Shown here: positions 1-13,595 of the stretch, piece after piece
Layout: each line of letters opens with the position of its first letter
How positions within the stretch are numbered: position 1 is the first letter of the stretch
Assembly (NCBI GenBank): GCA_964016885.1
Contig: OZ024740.1
Location: 269,390,001 to 269,454,000 of the forward strand
DNA: 64,000 nucleotides
Source of the DNA: Eledone cirrhosa
Taxonomy: Eukaryota
Direction: 5' to 3'
Position numbers and translations under genes: made by a program
The notes under the pieces: generated by a model
Databases searched by the model: none
What the model saw: the letters and a program-made list of their open reading frames with translations, nothing else
Told to the model about the DNA's origin: nothing

Positions 1-215
1 ATTTTTCTATGCTTGCATGGGTTCGACAGGTCCTTTTCAGTATAGCATCTCTCCACTCACCACATTCCTTCATCATCCCTTCTGTGAGTCTCAGGGATTT
101 GAAATTTGCTCTCACCACCTCTACCCAGATCTTTCTTAGTCTACATCTACTGTGGCTTGCTTCCACTTGGATTTCATGGCACTTCTTCACACAGCAACCA
201 TTATCCATGTGCATA
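1..215 (-). mobile_element. RTE-clade LINE, degenerate 3' end fragment
   Basis: Reverse strand translates MHMDNGCCVKKCHEIQVEASHSRCRLRKIWVEVVRANFKSLRLTEGMMKECGEWRDAIL. This matches the C-terminus of the RTE copy ending near 43840 and is followed by an acccatgcaagcat tail motif. Confidence 0.75.
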
Positions 216-271
216 AATCATTTAATAGTAAGTATGAAATTAAAATAAAATAATGTAAGTAGTAAATGTAC

Positions 272-387
272 CTCATGAAGTAACGTGTTGAACATCTGCT
301 GAAAGTTTTTGCTACGACTCAATATTTCATGGGGCTTCGGTGTTTTGTTTTTTTCAACTGGTAGGTTATAAGCAAAAAGTAAACCAG
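272..387 (-). CDS. FOCAD: Focadhesin coding exon (most 3' exon in the window; phase 1 to 0)
   Basis: Acceptor ttttcag and donor gtacat; 116 nt encoding (A)GLLFAYNLPVEKNKTPKPHEILSRSKNFQQMFNTLLHE. It splices in frame after exon 23329-23514 and resembles the human FOCAD segment GGMLFCYD...RGRSFKQ...LVHE as recalled from memory. Confidence 0.85.
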
Positions 388-1764
388 CTGAAAAATCATA
401 GAAAAAAATTTAAATTAAATAAATGAAGCATACTAACAGCTAATTTATGAATATAAATGGCGATGATGAAGTGGAAGAAAAGAGACAGTAGCAGGCTATA
501 TTTTATACAGTTTTGGTTTCAAAACTATATTTCCAGTTCAAAACATGCCAAGGTTAAGTTCAGTTTTTATTTCTTTGAGATCAATACAACTAGCTTTGCT
601 TTGTGTCAATGTATGAAATCAATATTTAATTTGTGATAAGCTAAAAAGTATTAGTTATAAATATATAATCGGAATGGAAAATGTTTGTTTAATGTATATT
701 CAATATTTAACAACTTGTTGAGTGCCATATAACTGAAACTAGGATTACAACTTATGTTAAGAAATTTCACTTCAAGTAAAGCATTTGTGTTCCAGGTAAA
801 TTCAGAAACATCGTAACATCCATTTCCTTCCTTCTAAAAATAGAAGAATCTAGTGTACCTACTCACAAGATACCAATGTCTGGTTCCAAAATTATTGCTT
901 TTTAAACTTGTTAAATATCAAAATATTAACTGTTAGAGATTTTAAAAAGTGTCATTCAGTCCTGAAAGATCAATATATATGTATTTAAAAAAACATTTTG
1001 ATATTTATGGAAAAAGAGAAAAATATAAATAATGTTAATTTTTTTTTCTTCGGTTTTCTAAAGAAGCAAAGTTTTCTTTTAAGGGAAGAGTGAGTATAAT
1101 TTACTCTAAACATTAAATTTTCCTAATCTTATTTTACCAATACTGATACAGTAAATAACAAAAAGCATCTTTTTATGGATGGTGAACCATCCAGAAACAT
1201 TTTGACACAATAACACACAAAAATGACACTACCTTACACACCAACATAAGATTAGATCTAAAGGAATCAAGATTCTTGCATACTAATGGAGTCCATCTGT
1301 GTTCATTGATAGAATATTGAGCAAAGTCAAATATAAAATAGATGAAAGTATCCTATCTGGAATGCAATGATCAAGAAAACAAACCACTTCATGGCAGTGA
1401 ACAGCATTATTAAGAGAGCAGTTTGCCACATTCAGAGTGTGAGATGTGCAGAATACCTTCAAATGTTCAAGAGGCTACTTCCATAAGAAATCTATTAAAT
1501 CAGAATTGATTTTAGTTATTCAACAACATAAAGCTTCTCGTTTGATTCTCTATCTTTTAGAAATTCACTGATGTATGTATAAATAAACTTGGCAAATTAG
1601 TATTTAAATGAAATACAATGTATAGATATATTGACAGCATTTCCAAATGAATGCTCATTTATTTCACTTCATCATAACATATCAAATGAAGTAATGGCTG
1701 GAGGCTAACGAAAACTGAAAAATGTGTAACTAATAAGCTACTTAACACAATGAAGTTACATTGA

Positions 1765-2640
1765 CAGAATGTAAACATCTCAGCAGAATGTAGATATTTT
1801 AACAGACTGTGATACTAATAAGCTACTTAACACAATGTATATACATTGACAGAATGTAAACATCTTAACAGAATGTAGATATTTTAATAGCATGTAGACA
1901 TGTTAACAGAATGTAAATATGTTACCAGATCTGTAAATATGTTTACAAATCTGTAAATATGTTTACAAATCTGTAAATATGTTTACAAATCTGTAAATAT
2001 GTTTACAAATCTGTAAATATGTTTACAGACCTGTAAATATGTTTACAGAACAGGATCCCAGTGGAAGGAAGCCACAGTAGGAGACCAAGGAAGACATGTA
2101 TGGAAGTGGTGAGAGCTGATCTCAGATCACTAAAACTCATGGAAGAGATGACAAAGAACGCAATAAGTGGAGAGATACAAGCATGGCATACAATATGATG
2201 ATGAATGGAGACACCTTAAACGAATAGAAACACTTTAAGAAAATGAAAACACCTTGAAAAATGTAGACCCTTGTAAAAACAATAACAAATTGTAAGCACC
2301 TTAGGAAAATGGAGACATTCATACATTGAATGTAGAGACCTTAAGATAGTGTAGAGCCATTATACAATGCAGACACCCTAACTGAATGTAGATGTCCTAC
2401 AAATTATAGATACTCTAACAGAATGTAGATTTATTAACATAATATAGACATCTTAAAAGAATATAAAGATCTAAAGAGTATGTAAAGACATTCACAGAAT
2501 GTTGATACAATAACCAAATGTAAACTGCTTAACATAATGTAAATGCGATAAAAGATTGTAAACACATTAAATAATATAGACAAATTGACAGACTGTAGAC
2601 AGAATGAAGATACTTTAACAGAATGTAGATGTGATGACAA
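1765..2640. repeat. Degenerate ~20-bp minisatellite (core ctgtaaatatgtttacaaat)
   Basis: Near-perfect 20-bp units at about 1931-2048 lie within diverged aacagaatgtaga-type units on both sides. Confidence 0.8.
2050..2205 (+). mobile_element. RTE LINE 3' end fragment inserted in the minisatellite
   Basis: Translates RIPVEGSHSRRPRKTCMEVVRADLRSLKLMEEMTK and ends in atgatgatg. Confidence 0.7.
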
Positions 2641-2779
2641 GATATGGAGACAAGAGCTGGTAAGCTCTAAGTAGTTGTATAACTTATCTTTAAAGAAAAA
2701 GGGGGAATATTGGATTTGTATAAATGAGTAAAGTCAATCAATTCAATCCTAGTAACTATCTACCCAAGAGGTTTTATTA

Positions 2780-3750
2780 GGATGACTAAGCACCAGGGTG
2801 CAAACCATTGTTCTTCAGCTAGCTAGGATTTGACAATATTCTTACATTTCTTTGCCAGACACATAGCATAGACTTTACCAGGGAAGCTTAATAAGGAGTT
2901 TTCTCTCTAATTGGAGCAATTGCTTATCTCATTTTTTGAAAATTGGGTTTATCATTACCGAATGCCATTGCCTAGGCACCTTTCCAGAGAACCAGGCCAA
3001 CCAGAACATACAAATCAGTCAAAGAATACCTTTTTTATTTAAGGCTTTTAACATCTTAGGCTGAATTTCATCATACCCAGAGGCCTTGCCACATGTGACC
3101 TTTTTAACTGTTCTTGTGACCCCAGCCCCTGGGAGGTTAATTATTGTTTCCAGATGAACCTCATGTACATCAGATGATGCTGTTGTGACCAGGTTTGAGA
3201 GATCAGCAAAGTATTTTCTCCACTTTACAAGCATGCACCTCTCTGAAGAAAGGAATGCCCCATACTGCGACATATCTTTGAGAAATCTTGTGAGTATTGA
3301 CAAGAGGTGCATACTTATTTCATAGACCTCAAAATTGCATGACAGCATTCCACAGGACCTGCTGTTGAAAGTTCTGCAGGAGTATGGGATCGATGGACAA
3401 CTTTTTGTTGCCCTGACACCGTTATACAAATAGCCTAGTATATATGTTTGGATAAATGGTTCTATGTTGAAACTATTCCATGTGGGTGTGGGATTCTGTT
3501 AAGGGTGCACAGAGTCACCTTTCCTGTTCATAATCCTTATGGATAGGACGGACATGCATAGCCAGGCTGGAAGTGATATCAAGAGAGGTGGGTGTAGAAT
3601 CAGTCAGCTGGAATTTGCAGACAATATAGCATTACTTAACAGATGGTGATCAATGACATGCACTTGATAGGTTTATTGCTGAGAGCTGCATGGCAGAAAT
3701 GAAAATCAGTGCTGCAAAAAGTGAGACACTTGTCTTTTGAAGGAATCCTG
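2780..3750. mobile_element. Old RTE-type LINE RT fragment with inverted 5' portion
   Basis: About 2780-3235 on the minus strand reads KWRKYFADL...GKASGYDEIQPKMLKAL...GKVPRQW. About 3260-3750 on the plus strand reads ILRHIFEKSCEY...YFIDLK...LQEYGIDG...SPFLFII...LEFADNI. Many stops and frameshifts. Confidence 0.7.
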
Positions 3751-3779
3751 TGCAGTATATAGTTTCTTCAAAGTTTTAC

Positions 3780-5085
3780 ATTTGATAGTCAAAGAGAGGT
3801 AGTCATGGTTCTAGGACAGCATTCTTCACTGTATGAGATGTCATCTGGTGTACCACATGGATCTGTTCTCAGTCGTCTTTTGTTTGTGGCATATATTAAT
3901 GACATGTGGATTGGCAGTATCAGTAGAGAGTCAGACGCCATGCTTTCCAGCATAGTTATGTCCCTTTACGATCTGAGTTCAAATCCCGCCGAGGTTGACT
4001 TTGCCTTTCATCCTTACGGGGTCGATAAAATAAAGTACCAGTAATGCACTGGGTAATTGCTGGCCTTGTGCCTAACGTAGAAACAATTAATGACATAGAT
4101 GCCAACTTAAAGAATGCCACAGTACTGAAATATGTAGATGACATCAAGCTGTACCTTCAGATAAAAAGGACAGATCCTGAACACTATAGATCTTTCCTGC
4201 AATCAGACCTGGACGCAATGCAGCAATGGATCATGGACTGCCAACTCAAGCTGGATGTGTACCACTATGAATTTTGGGAGGAAAAACCCAGCATCCAGAG
4301 GCTCCCTCCACAACTCTAATATCAAGAAGTCTTCTTGTGAACATGAACTGGGTATCAGCGATTTGTATTGGACAAAGCACATCTCTAAAATTCTCAAGAA
4401 GGCCGAGTGTGTCTTAGCATGACTCAACAATACCTTTGTCAGCTGCTCTCCAGCTATCTATTTAAAGCTGTATATAGCTATGGTGCAGCCACACTTAGAA
4501 TCTGCATCACCAGTCTGGAACCCCTATCTTGCTCAGAACATTGACCTCCTGGAAACTGTTCAGACATGTGTAACCAAGAAAATGCCCTCCACCAGGAATC
4601 TACCATACTCTGAATGCCTTGCTTCCCTGGGCATGGATACATTGAAGCTCCGACATCTGGCAAATGACTTGGTAAACACCCACAACATTATTAACCATCT
4701 TCCTAACAACAACCCTGAGTACCTTTTTGAATTCCATGTGTCTAACACATGTGGGCATGCCTACAAAGTCAGAAAATAGCACAGCTCCCATGACTTTCGG
4801 AAACATTTTTTTCATGCTCAGAGTTGCTGAAGCATGGGACAAACTACCTGCATCAGTTGTTAGCTGTCGAGACACTGCATCCTTTAAAACCTCCATTCTT
4901 TCTGAAATTTGCCAACACTACACCTGGTATTCCCCCTCCATACACACGCAAAACATGTATATCATGACATATACACTGTTCAATTTCCTGACATTTGTAC
5001 TTTATGTACATATGTACTAAACATGCACCCGTGACGAGTTTTAGTGCACCTGAGCACTGTACACAATAATTTGATTATTATTTAA
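3780..5085 (+). mobile_element. CR1-group LINE, 5'-truncated degenerate copy (RT and 3' end)
   Basis: SGVPHGSVLSRLLFVAYIND / INDIDANLKNATVLKYVDDIKLY, VQPHLESASPVWNP, LRVAEAWDKLP; ends in a short AT-rich tail. Confidence 0.85.
3906..4085 (+). mobile_element. tRNA-derived SINE (Meta-domain-like core) inserted in the CR1 RT
   Basis: A-box-like tggcagtatcagtag, B-box gagttcaaatcc and core gactttgcctttcatcc...gtcgataaaataaagtaccag. Flanked by an 11-bp TSD attaatgacat (3895-3905 and 4086-4096). Confidence 0.85.
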
Positions 5086-5763
5086 AACAGAACCTCAAGT
5101 CAACATTTTTCAATATACAGAAAAATATGTAAAGAAGACATTTACATTCACAAATGTATGTATTTACACACAATTTTACACAGCTTTATTAAAATGTAGT
5201 GTTTTTGTACAGATATAAATCTAAAATATATTCCAGCTGCTGAGAGCATTATTTAATATATAAATAGTTATTGAAATGAGACAAAATATATGCTACGAAT
5301 GGCATGTTTTATTTTCTATATTATTAGTGAACAGAGGTATTTTGTGAAATATGCTGATTCAAGCAAAATAATGTAAAACTTGAAAATAGCATAAGTCAGA
5401 AAAACAGTAAATATCAATTTTCAATTAAAAAAAAATATCTGCATAAGGTTACCAAAAGAATTTTGGTCAAATTTTCCGTTCTAATTTTTTAAATTTTTAT
5501 GTGTGTGTTGAAAACCAAAGGTGAGTAAAATGGAATCTGAAACATGAAATTCGAAGTAAATGATTGAAATGTTTTATTGTTTTATTAGATACTAAAAAAT
5601 ATGCAAAATTACATTTTTATGAGTAAAAGATTTTCAGTTTGGAGATGGATTTGCATTGCAGAATATATTTTTAAAATCTCATAAATATCAATTTAAAAGA
5701 ATTCTGAAACATCTATATTACAATTTTCATCAATTCTAGCAGTATAGCTTATATATATATATA

Positions 5764-6062
5764 TCATCATTTTACGTCCGTTCTTCCACGCTAGCATGGG
5801 TTAAACGGGTTGTCCTGTTGTGGGCAGTGTCCAGTCGGCTGACCTTGTCTTGCTTATACAGGAACTGATTCTGGCTTCATTTCTACAGCTGGATGCCCTT
5901 CCTAACACCAACCTCATTTACAGTGAGTGCTGGTTGCTTTTTTCCGTGGCGCCTACACGTCCACTTTACAGTGTGGGCTGGGTGCTTTTTTGCCGTGGCA
6001 CCTCCACGACCACTTTGCAGTGGGAGGGTGTGGGGGCATATTGTCTATATGCTTCAGCTTCG
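5764..6062 (-). mobile_element. RTE family A 3' UTR fragment
   Basis: Reverse complement matches the 3' UTR at 16715-17005; (GAT)n tail; embedded in TA repeats. Confidence 0.8.
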
Positions 6063-6133
6063 TGTATATGTGTATATATATGTATGTATGTATGTATGTG
6101 GGTGGGTGTGTGTGTGTCTCTGTGCGTGTGCAA

Positions 6134-6164
<31 letters not shown>

Positions 6165-6350
6165 AAAAGAGAGAGAGAGAGAGAGCAGGCCTTGTTTATA
6201 AAGAGCAAGGGAAGTTTGAAAATAGGTAGTAACATGTGCATATGCTGTAATTGACTAAATGAAATTAGTCAGTCAGTTGGGATATATATATACACACATA
6301 TACATACATGTATATACTTACATATAATATATATTTATATATATATATAT

Positions 6351-6476
6351 ATCATCATCATCATTTTACATCCACTTTTCCCTGCTCGCAAGGGTGGGAC
6401 GGGTCCTATTCAGCACAGCATCTCTCCATTCGTCACGGTCCTTTATCATCTCCTCCGTGAGCTTCAGCGATCTGAG
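6351..6476 (-). mobile_element. RTE family C 3' end fragment
   Basis: Matches the 3' end of the copy at 43760-43900 (acccgtcccaccctt...gcagggaaa...gtaaaatgatgatg). Confidence 0.8.
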
Positions 6477-6719
6477 TTCAGCAAGTTGTGCGATTGCTTG
6501 ATGACGGTCGGGAGATTCTCGCACATGGCCGCAGTAGCGACCACACTACCATGCACAACCTTAACATGATTAGGTCTGCTTTATCTCTTAGTATATATTT
6601 TGAAGGAAACACAGTGTTTTAAGAAGCAAATTGGTTCTGTTGTTATTGCAGTTTTTATATAACAGAAAACAGTGTTTTTCAATAACCTTTCAGCTTTGCA
6701 TAAAGTAATAAGGTGACAG

Positions 6720-7130
6720 CGATGAATTTGTTTTAAATATGAAATCGTGTGTCGAAACAAATATTGTTATACTTGGGGAGGGTCATATTGTTGTGTTTCC
6801 TTCAAAATATATACTAAGAGTCAAAGCAGACCAGAAATTAACAGTAGGAAATATAATAGTACCACTGATGATGTTGCAGATGTGCAACGAAAGAACTTTG
6901 ATAGACTACATATATATTTATATCTATTTTTAACCGCTGGTCAATCAATGACAAACATTGATTGCCAAATAAATTAACTATGGAGATATAAAAGATACAG
7001 AAGCGAAAACCAACCAAACAGTGAGTGTGTTCTGTTATTAATTCTGGCAATATTGTTACACAAATATGACCCTCCCCAAGTATAACAATATTTGTTTCGA
7101 CACACGATTTCATATCAAAAACCTTGCAAA
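6720..7130 (+). mobile_element. Penelope-like element 3' end (family A) with short inverted 5' copy and degenerate hammerhead core
   Basis: About 55-bp inverted repeats (6738-6790 vs 7063-7115). Contains CTGATGA-t-gttgca-gatg-tgcaac-GAAAG-aa-CTT at about 6865-6898. Same family as 52720-53975 and as 59963-60655, which carries a GIY-YIG remnant. Confidence 0.65.
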
Positions 7131-7178
7131 ACAAATTTATATATATATATACATATATATATACAGACACACACACAT

Positions 7179-7241
<63 letters not shown>

Positions 7242-7382
7242 TACATATATATATATATATATACACATACACATATATGTATTTACATACACACACACAC
7301 ACACATATATACACACATATACATATACACACATACACACACACACACATATATACACACATATACATATACACACATACAC

Positions 7383-7414
<32 letters not shown>

Positions 7415-8042
7415 TAGCTAAACTACCCGTCCTTTGGACGGTTCAAGTAGCTTTCGATGTAGCTCAGTAAATTTGAATACATAGTAGAAAAACGTACTTT
7501 ATGTAAGCATGAAAACCTTAGGCACTATTCCAGCAAAATAATTAATATGTGAGCTCGGTGTCATCCGTTATACGATGTAACAACAGAAATCCAATCTAGG
7601 TATAAATTTTTTTGACAACAGTAAAAGCGCATCATGAAATAGAGAAGTGAAGTGAATAATAGACACTATTATGTACAAAGCATAATATTGTAAAAGTTAT
7701 GACATCACTTAATGTATGAACATCAAGTTTGAAACGATAAATTATACAATGTCAAATCTATAACTTAACTAAGTAATCTGTTAGAAATTGCTGGTTGTGA
7801 AATATACGAAATGATAATGGTAAACATTGAGGACCGAATAAATTAACTGATATAAAAGACACAGAAGTGAAAACCAACCAAACAGTGAGTGTGTTCTGTT
7901 ATTAATTCTGGCAATATTGTTACACAAATATGACCCTCCCCAAGTATAACAATATTTGTTTCGACACACGATTTCATATCAAAAACCTTGCAAAACAAAT
8001 TTATATATATATATACATATATATATACAGACACACACACAT

Positions 8043-8101
<59 letters not shown>

Positions 8102-8242
8102 TACATATATATATATATATATACACATACACATATATGTATTTACATACACACACACACACACATATATACACACATATACATATACACACATACACAC
8201 ACACACACATATATACACACATATACATATACACACATACAC

Positions 8243-8274
<32 letters not shown>

Positions 8275-8812
8275 TAGCTAAACTACCCGTCCTTTGGACG
8301 GTTCAAGTAGCTTTCGATGTAGCTCAGTAAATTTGAATACATAGTAGAAAAACGTACTTTATGTAAACATGAAAACCTTAGGCACTATTCCAGCAAAATA
8401 ATTAATATGTGAGCTCGGTGTCATCCGTTATACGATGTAACAACAGAAATCCAATCTAGGTATAAATTTTTTTGACAACAGTAAAAGCGCATCATGAAAT
8501 AGAGAAGTGAAGTGAATAATAGACACTATTATGTACAAAGCATAATATTGTAAAAGTTATGACATCACTTAATGTATGAACATCAAGTTTGAAACGATAA
8601 ATTATACAATGTCAAATCTATAACTTAACTAAGTAATCTGTTAGAAATTGCTGGTTGTGAAATATACGAAATGATAATGGTAAACATTGAGGACCGAATA
8701 AATTAACTGATATAAAAGACACAGAAGTGAAAACCAACCAAACAGTGAGTGTGTTCTGTTATTAATTCTGGCAATATTATTACAACAATATGACCCTCCC
8801 CAAGTATAACCA
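6980..8812. repeat. ~860-bp tandem duplication (PLE end, microsatellite and Helitron-like end)
   Basis: attagctaaactacccg occurs at 7413 and 8273. The blocks are near-identical, and a third partial unit runs to about 8812. Confidence 0.9.
7414..7780 (-). mobile_element. Helitron-like 3' terminal fragment (duplicated at 8274-8640)
   Basis: Minus strand ends in the hairpin ccgtcc-aaa-ggacgg followed by gtagtttagCTAAt, a CTAG variant. Confidence 0.5.
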
Positions 8813-8815
8813 TAT

Positions 8816-8873
<58 letters not shown>

Positions 8874-9779
8874 ATATATACATATATACATACATATATA
8901 TATATAAATATATACATACACATATATATATATATATATATATAAAATATTAAACAAATAATGAATAAAACAATGAAACAGTTCCTTATATTAAACAAAA
9001 AAAGTTCATTATTTAACGATCGTTTCTAGGATGTATATGTGTTAGAATTGGCATGCATATTCAACAGATCTATGTACAAAATTATACAAAATTATACAAA
9101 CTATCAAGATTAAATATACATACCAACACATATATACGCCGTCTTCAGAAATAATGAAATATATTTATTGATAATAACAACAATTCAAAATTTCAGGTCC
9201 GTTTGGGAACAAAATTGACCAATGAAAATACAAAAGGTTTTATGCAGTTCGGTGTGTGTATATACATGTAACTACCCCTTACACATATTTATACAAAAAT
9301 GTATGCTCAACATGCATACGCATGCCAAAAAGATGCATGCAAATACAAAATTTCAAGGTTAATGTCTCTGTAAGTTTATAATGCACAGATAAGATGCGTA
9401 TAGACACATAAATATGAAATAAGTGTATACACATATTCTCATACTCACACATATCCGTACAATCACACACACGCGCGCGTATATGCATAAACATACACAT
9501 AATTACGAACATACACACACACACACACCCCCACACACATATATATATGTGGATATAATATTATCATAAGCACATGGATATTAATTCACTCACATAAACA
9601 CTGCCACACACATTTAGATCAAGATACAGAAATTAGGTGGGAGGGGGGGAGAGGTCAGTATTCAACGGTTTGGGCAGACTGCTTATTTATAGATGTATCT
9701 ATAAACTAAGAAATAAAAAATAAAAATTAAAAAGGAAAGAAAAGAAAAAGAAAAAAGAAAAAAGAAATATATCAAGAAA

Positions 9780-9799
9780 ATATATATATATATATATAT

Positions 9800-9862
<63 letters not shown>

Positions 9863-9950
9863 CATATACACACATCTACACTTAGAACATACATACACAC
9901 ACATATATAAACATATACATATACACACATACACACATATACACACATAC

Positions 9951-9999
<49 letters not shown>

Positions 10000-10498
10000 T
10001 ACACATATAATCACACATACATATATAGACACACATATATATACACATACACGCACATATACATACACATACATACTTATATACGTACAGATATACACAT
10101 ACATACCTATATATACACACAAATACATACAGACATACATACATACATACACACAAATACTTACGCATCCATATATCGGTATATACATATAAACACCACT
10201 ACACTCTCACACAACTCAGACATACAAAGAAAAAGGTATATACCTATACACATATACATATACAAATAGAGATACATATACATATATATATATATATACA
10301 CATATATATATATATATATATATATATTCATACACATATACACACATATATATACATACATATACATACATGTACACACACATACATATACATACATACA
10401 CACATACACACATACACCTACACGAACATACACATACACATATATAAAGATATATATACACACACACACATACACACACACACATATATATAAAATAA

Positions 10499-10545
<47 letters not shown>

Positions 10546-11098
10546 CATACACATATACATAGACATATATGTACATACATACACATACATACATACATAT
10601 ACACACATATATATATATATATATATACACACATAGACACATACATACATACACACACAACATACATACACACACATATATACTCATACATAGACATAGA
10701 TATATATTCATACATACATACGCACTTACATATACTCATATATACAAATACATACGCATCCATATATGCGTATATACATACAAACACCACTACACTCTCA
10801 CACAACCCAGACATACAAAGAAAAAGGTATATACATATACATATATACACACATTAATAGAGATACATATACACATATATATATACATACACATACATTT
10901 ATATATATACACCCACACACACACAACCATAAACACACATACAAACACACACATACACACATATATACATACATATATATACACACACACAAAAAACACA
11001 CATACACATATATATTTTTACACATATATATACACATATATATACATATACACACCCTCACATATACACACATACACATAAGTTATATTATAATAATA

Positions 11099-11143
<45 letters not shown>

Positions 11144-11388
11144 CGAATATAGACATATATACACACATAGATATACATATATATATACATATACACACAC
11201 ACACACACACACTCACATATATATGTGCGCACACGCACATATATACACATACACACATATACACATAAACACATACATGTGCATACATGTACATACACAC
11301 ATATACCCACATAGATACGAAGATAGACATATATATAGAGAGACATACATATATATACACACATATATATATACACATACATACACAC

Positions 11389-11421
<33 letters not shown>

Positions 11422-11660
11422 TACACGCCCACACACATATACACATATACACATATATATATATATATATACATATACACATATATATACACATGCATAT
11501 ATACACATATATATATACACACACACATATATATATACACAATCTTACATTCTTATTTGCATGCGCATATATGTATTTTTATATTCAGATATAAATACCC
11601 AAACATATATACACCTACCTACATATATATTCATACATACACGCTTACAAACACAGATGA
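9780..11660. repeat. Compound (TA)n/(CA)n/(TACA)n microsatellite field with internal duplicated non-repeat blocks
   Basis: Seen directly; the block aaacaccactacactctcacacaac...aaagaaaaaggtat occurs near 10190 and 10780. Confidence 0.9.
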
Positions 11661-12202
11661 TAATAGTATGGGGGAAAGGGGGGGGGGTTGGAGAAGGGGA
11701 TTATAGTAAATATATGTTTCAAGAAACATAGAATATTATCTGTATCTGGATCCAATGTATGTTTTTACATAGTTTCAGTGTTAGGAAATATAAGAAATAA
11801 GGCAAAATTTATGCATTTCAAAATAAGTATACCATTAATTATATGTTAACTAAACTAAAGATAGTTAACATATTGATTTCTAAGGTGTAAATTAGTTAGG
11901 TTTATAATATTTGAAGCAGAATTTTGAAGTTAAATAGTAGTAGAGTATTAATTATAGTATAACTAAATTAAAGTTATTAACGTTATGGTATCAATATTAG
12001 GAAATGAATTTAGTAATAGGGAAAAAACAAATAAAGTATTACATCGGTAGTAGAATATAAATTATAGGTTAACTAAATTAAAAATTATATATTAATTCCT
12101 ATAGTATATGTTAATAAGGTATATAATAAATAAAACAGATATTGTATTTTATCAATAGCAGAATATAATTATATGCAAATACATATACATATACATATAC
12201 AT

Positions 12203-12257
<55 letters not shown>

Positions 12258-12769
12258 CACATACACATATACACACACACATACACATACATATACATAC
12301 ATACATATACATATTTTTTCAAAAATTGCAAAGAATATATTAACTAGGTATACATCCAAAACACATCCCATTCTATGATTACATGACACTCTGCAATCCG
12401 TCTGTATAAGGATACTAATTTTAAGCCAATTAAATTAAATTTTTAGGTTGACTAAATTTAAAACCAAATTATAAATATATTTCTAAAATGTATATTAATT
12501 AGGTCTATAATACTAAAAATTATTTCTCTGTCATTGGATACACGATATTTTGTTATATTTTATCTGTAAAGGAATTTTAATAAAAGGTTTAAATAAATTA
12601 AAATTAATCTATAAATTAAATTACTAAGTATATATTAGTAATATTTAAAGGTTTTTCACAATTTATGATTACACAATATTTTATATTCTCATCTGTAGTA
12701 GAATTTTAATTAAATTAAATTTATAGGTTAACTAACATTTAAATTAAATTAATTTCTAAAATAATGTTA

Positions 12770-13250
12770 TTAATTAGGTTTATAATATTTAAATGTTTTT
12801 TTTAGTTTATGATTACACGATATAATTAATTCCTGTCGTTTATTTAATAGGATATCCTTAGATTTCATTATTTCAAATAGTTCTTGGGAACATAATCTAC
12901 GTTCATTTCTATTATTTTGATAAGGGGTGGCTCTTTTGAGCACACTCCAGGTCAAATCATATTCTATATTCTTATTTTTATAACTATTGATTTTTTCTGC
13001 TAGAGATATTGTATTAGCCAGTGCGGCATTTTTAAAACTATGCTTGTGGGTATTAAACCTTGTCTTAAAATTGTTAGAGGTAGCTCCTATATATGAGCAA
13101 ATAGAATCTTTAGTTTTAACATTACATTTATAGACTATGCTGTTAACAAGACAATTCCCTTTTAATGGGCAGTTTGTTTTGTTTCTACAGTTACAACCTT
13201 TCGTTAATTCTGTATTTGAGGAGATAATATGTATTTGAGGAGATAATATG
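12770..13250 (-). mobile_element. Penelope-like element, Naiad-type C-terminal GIY-YIG endonuclease fragment
   Basis: [25 protein letters not shown]...[21 protein letters not shown]...[10 protein letters not shown]...[14 protein letters not shown] shows the IVY-YIG motif, the CNC-CPLxGxC linker and a terminal C-x-H. Confidence 0.8.
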
Positions 13251-13356
13251 TATATATTTATATGTATATATATATATATATATACATATAAATATATACC
13301 TATATACATACATACATATATATATATATACATATATACATACACATATAAATTAT

Positions 13357-13407
<51 letters not shown>

Positions 13408-13550
13408 TATAAACATAAATATTGCTATATATATATATATATATAAACATAAATATTGCTATATATATATATATAAACGTAAATATTGCTATATATATAT
13501 ATATATATATACACATATATATATAAACATAATTATGACTATATATATAT

Positions 13551-13587
<37 letters not shown>

Positions 13588-13595
13588 TATATGCA

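Noticed and set aside
1931-2048. Regular short repeats with a palindromic unit, superficially CRISPR-like
   Set aside because: No unique spacers, no cas genes and a eukaryotic context; it is a minisatellite.
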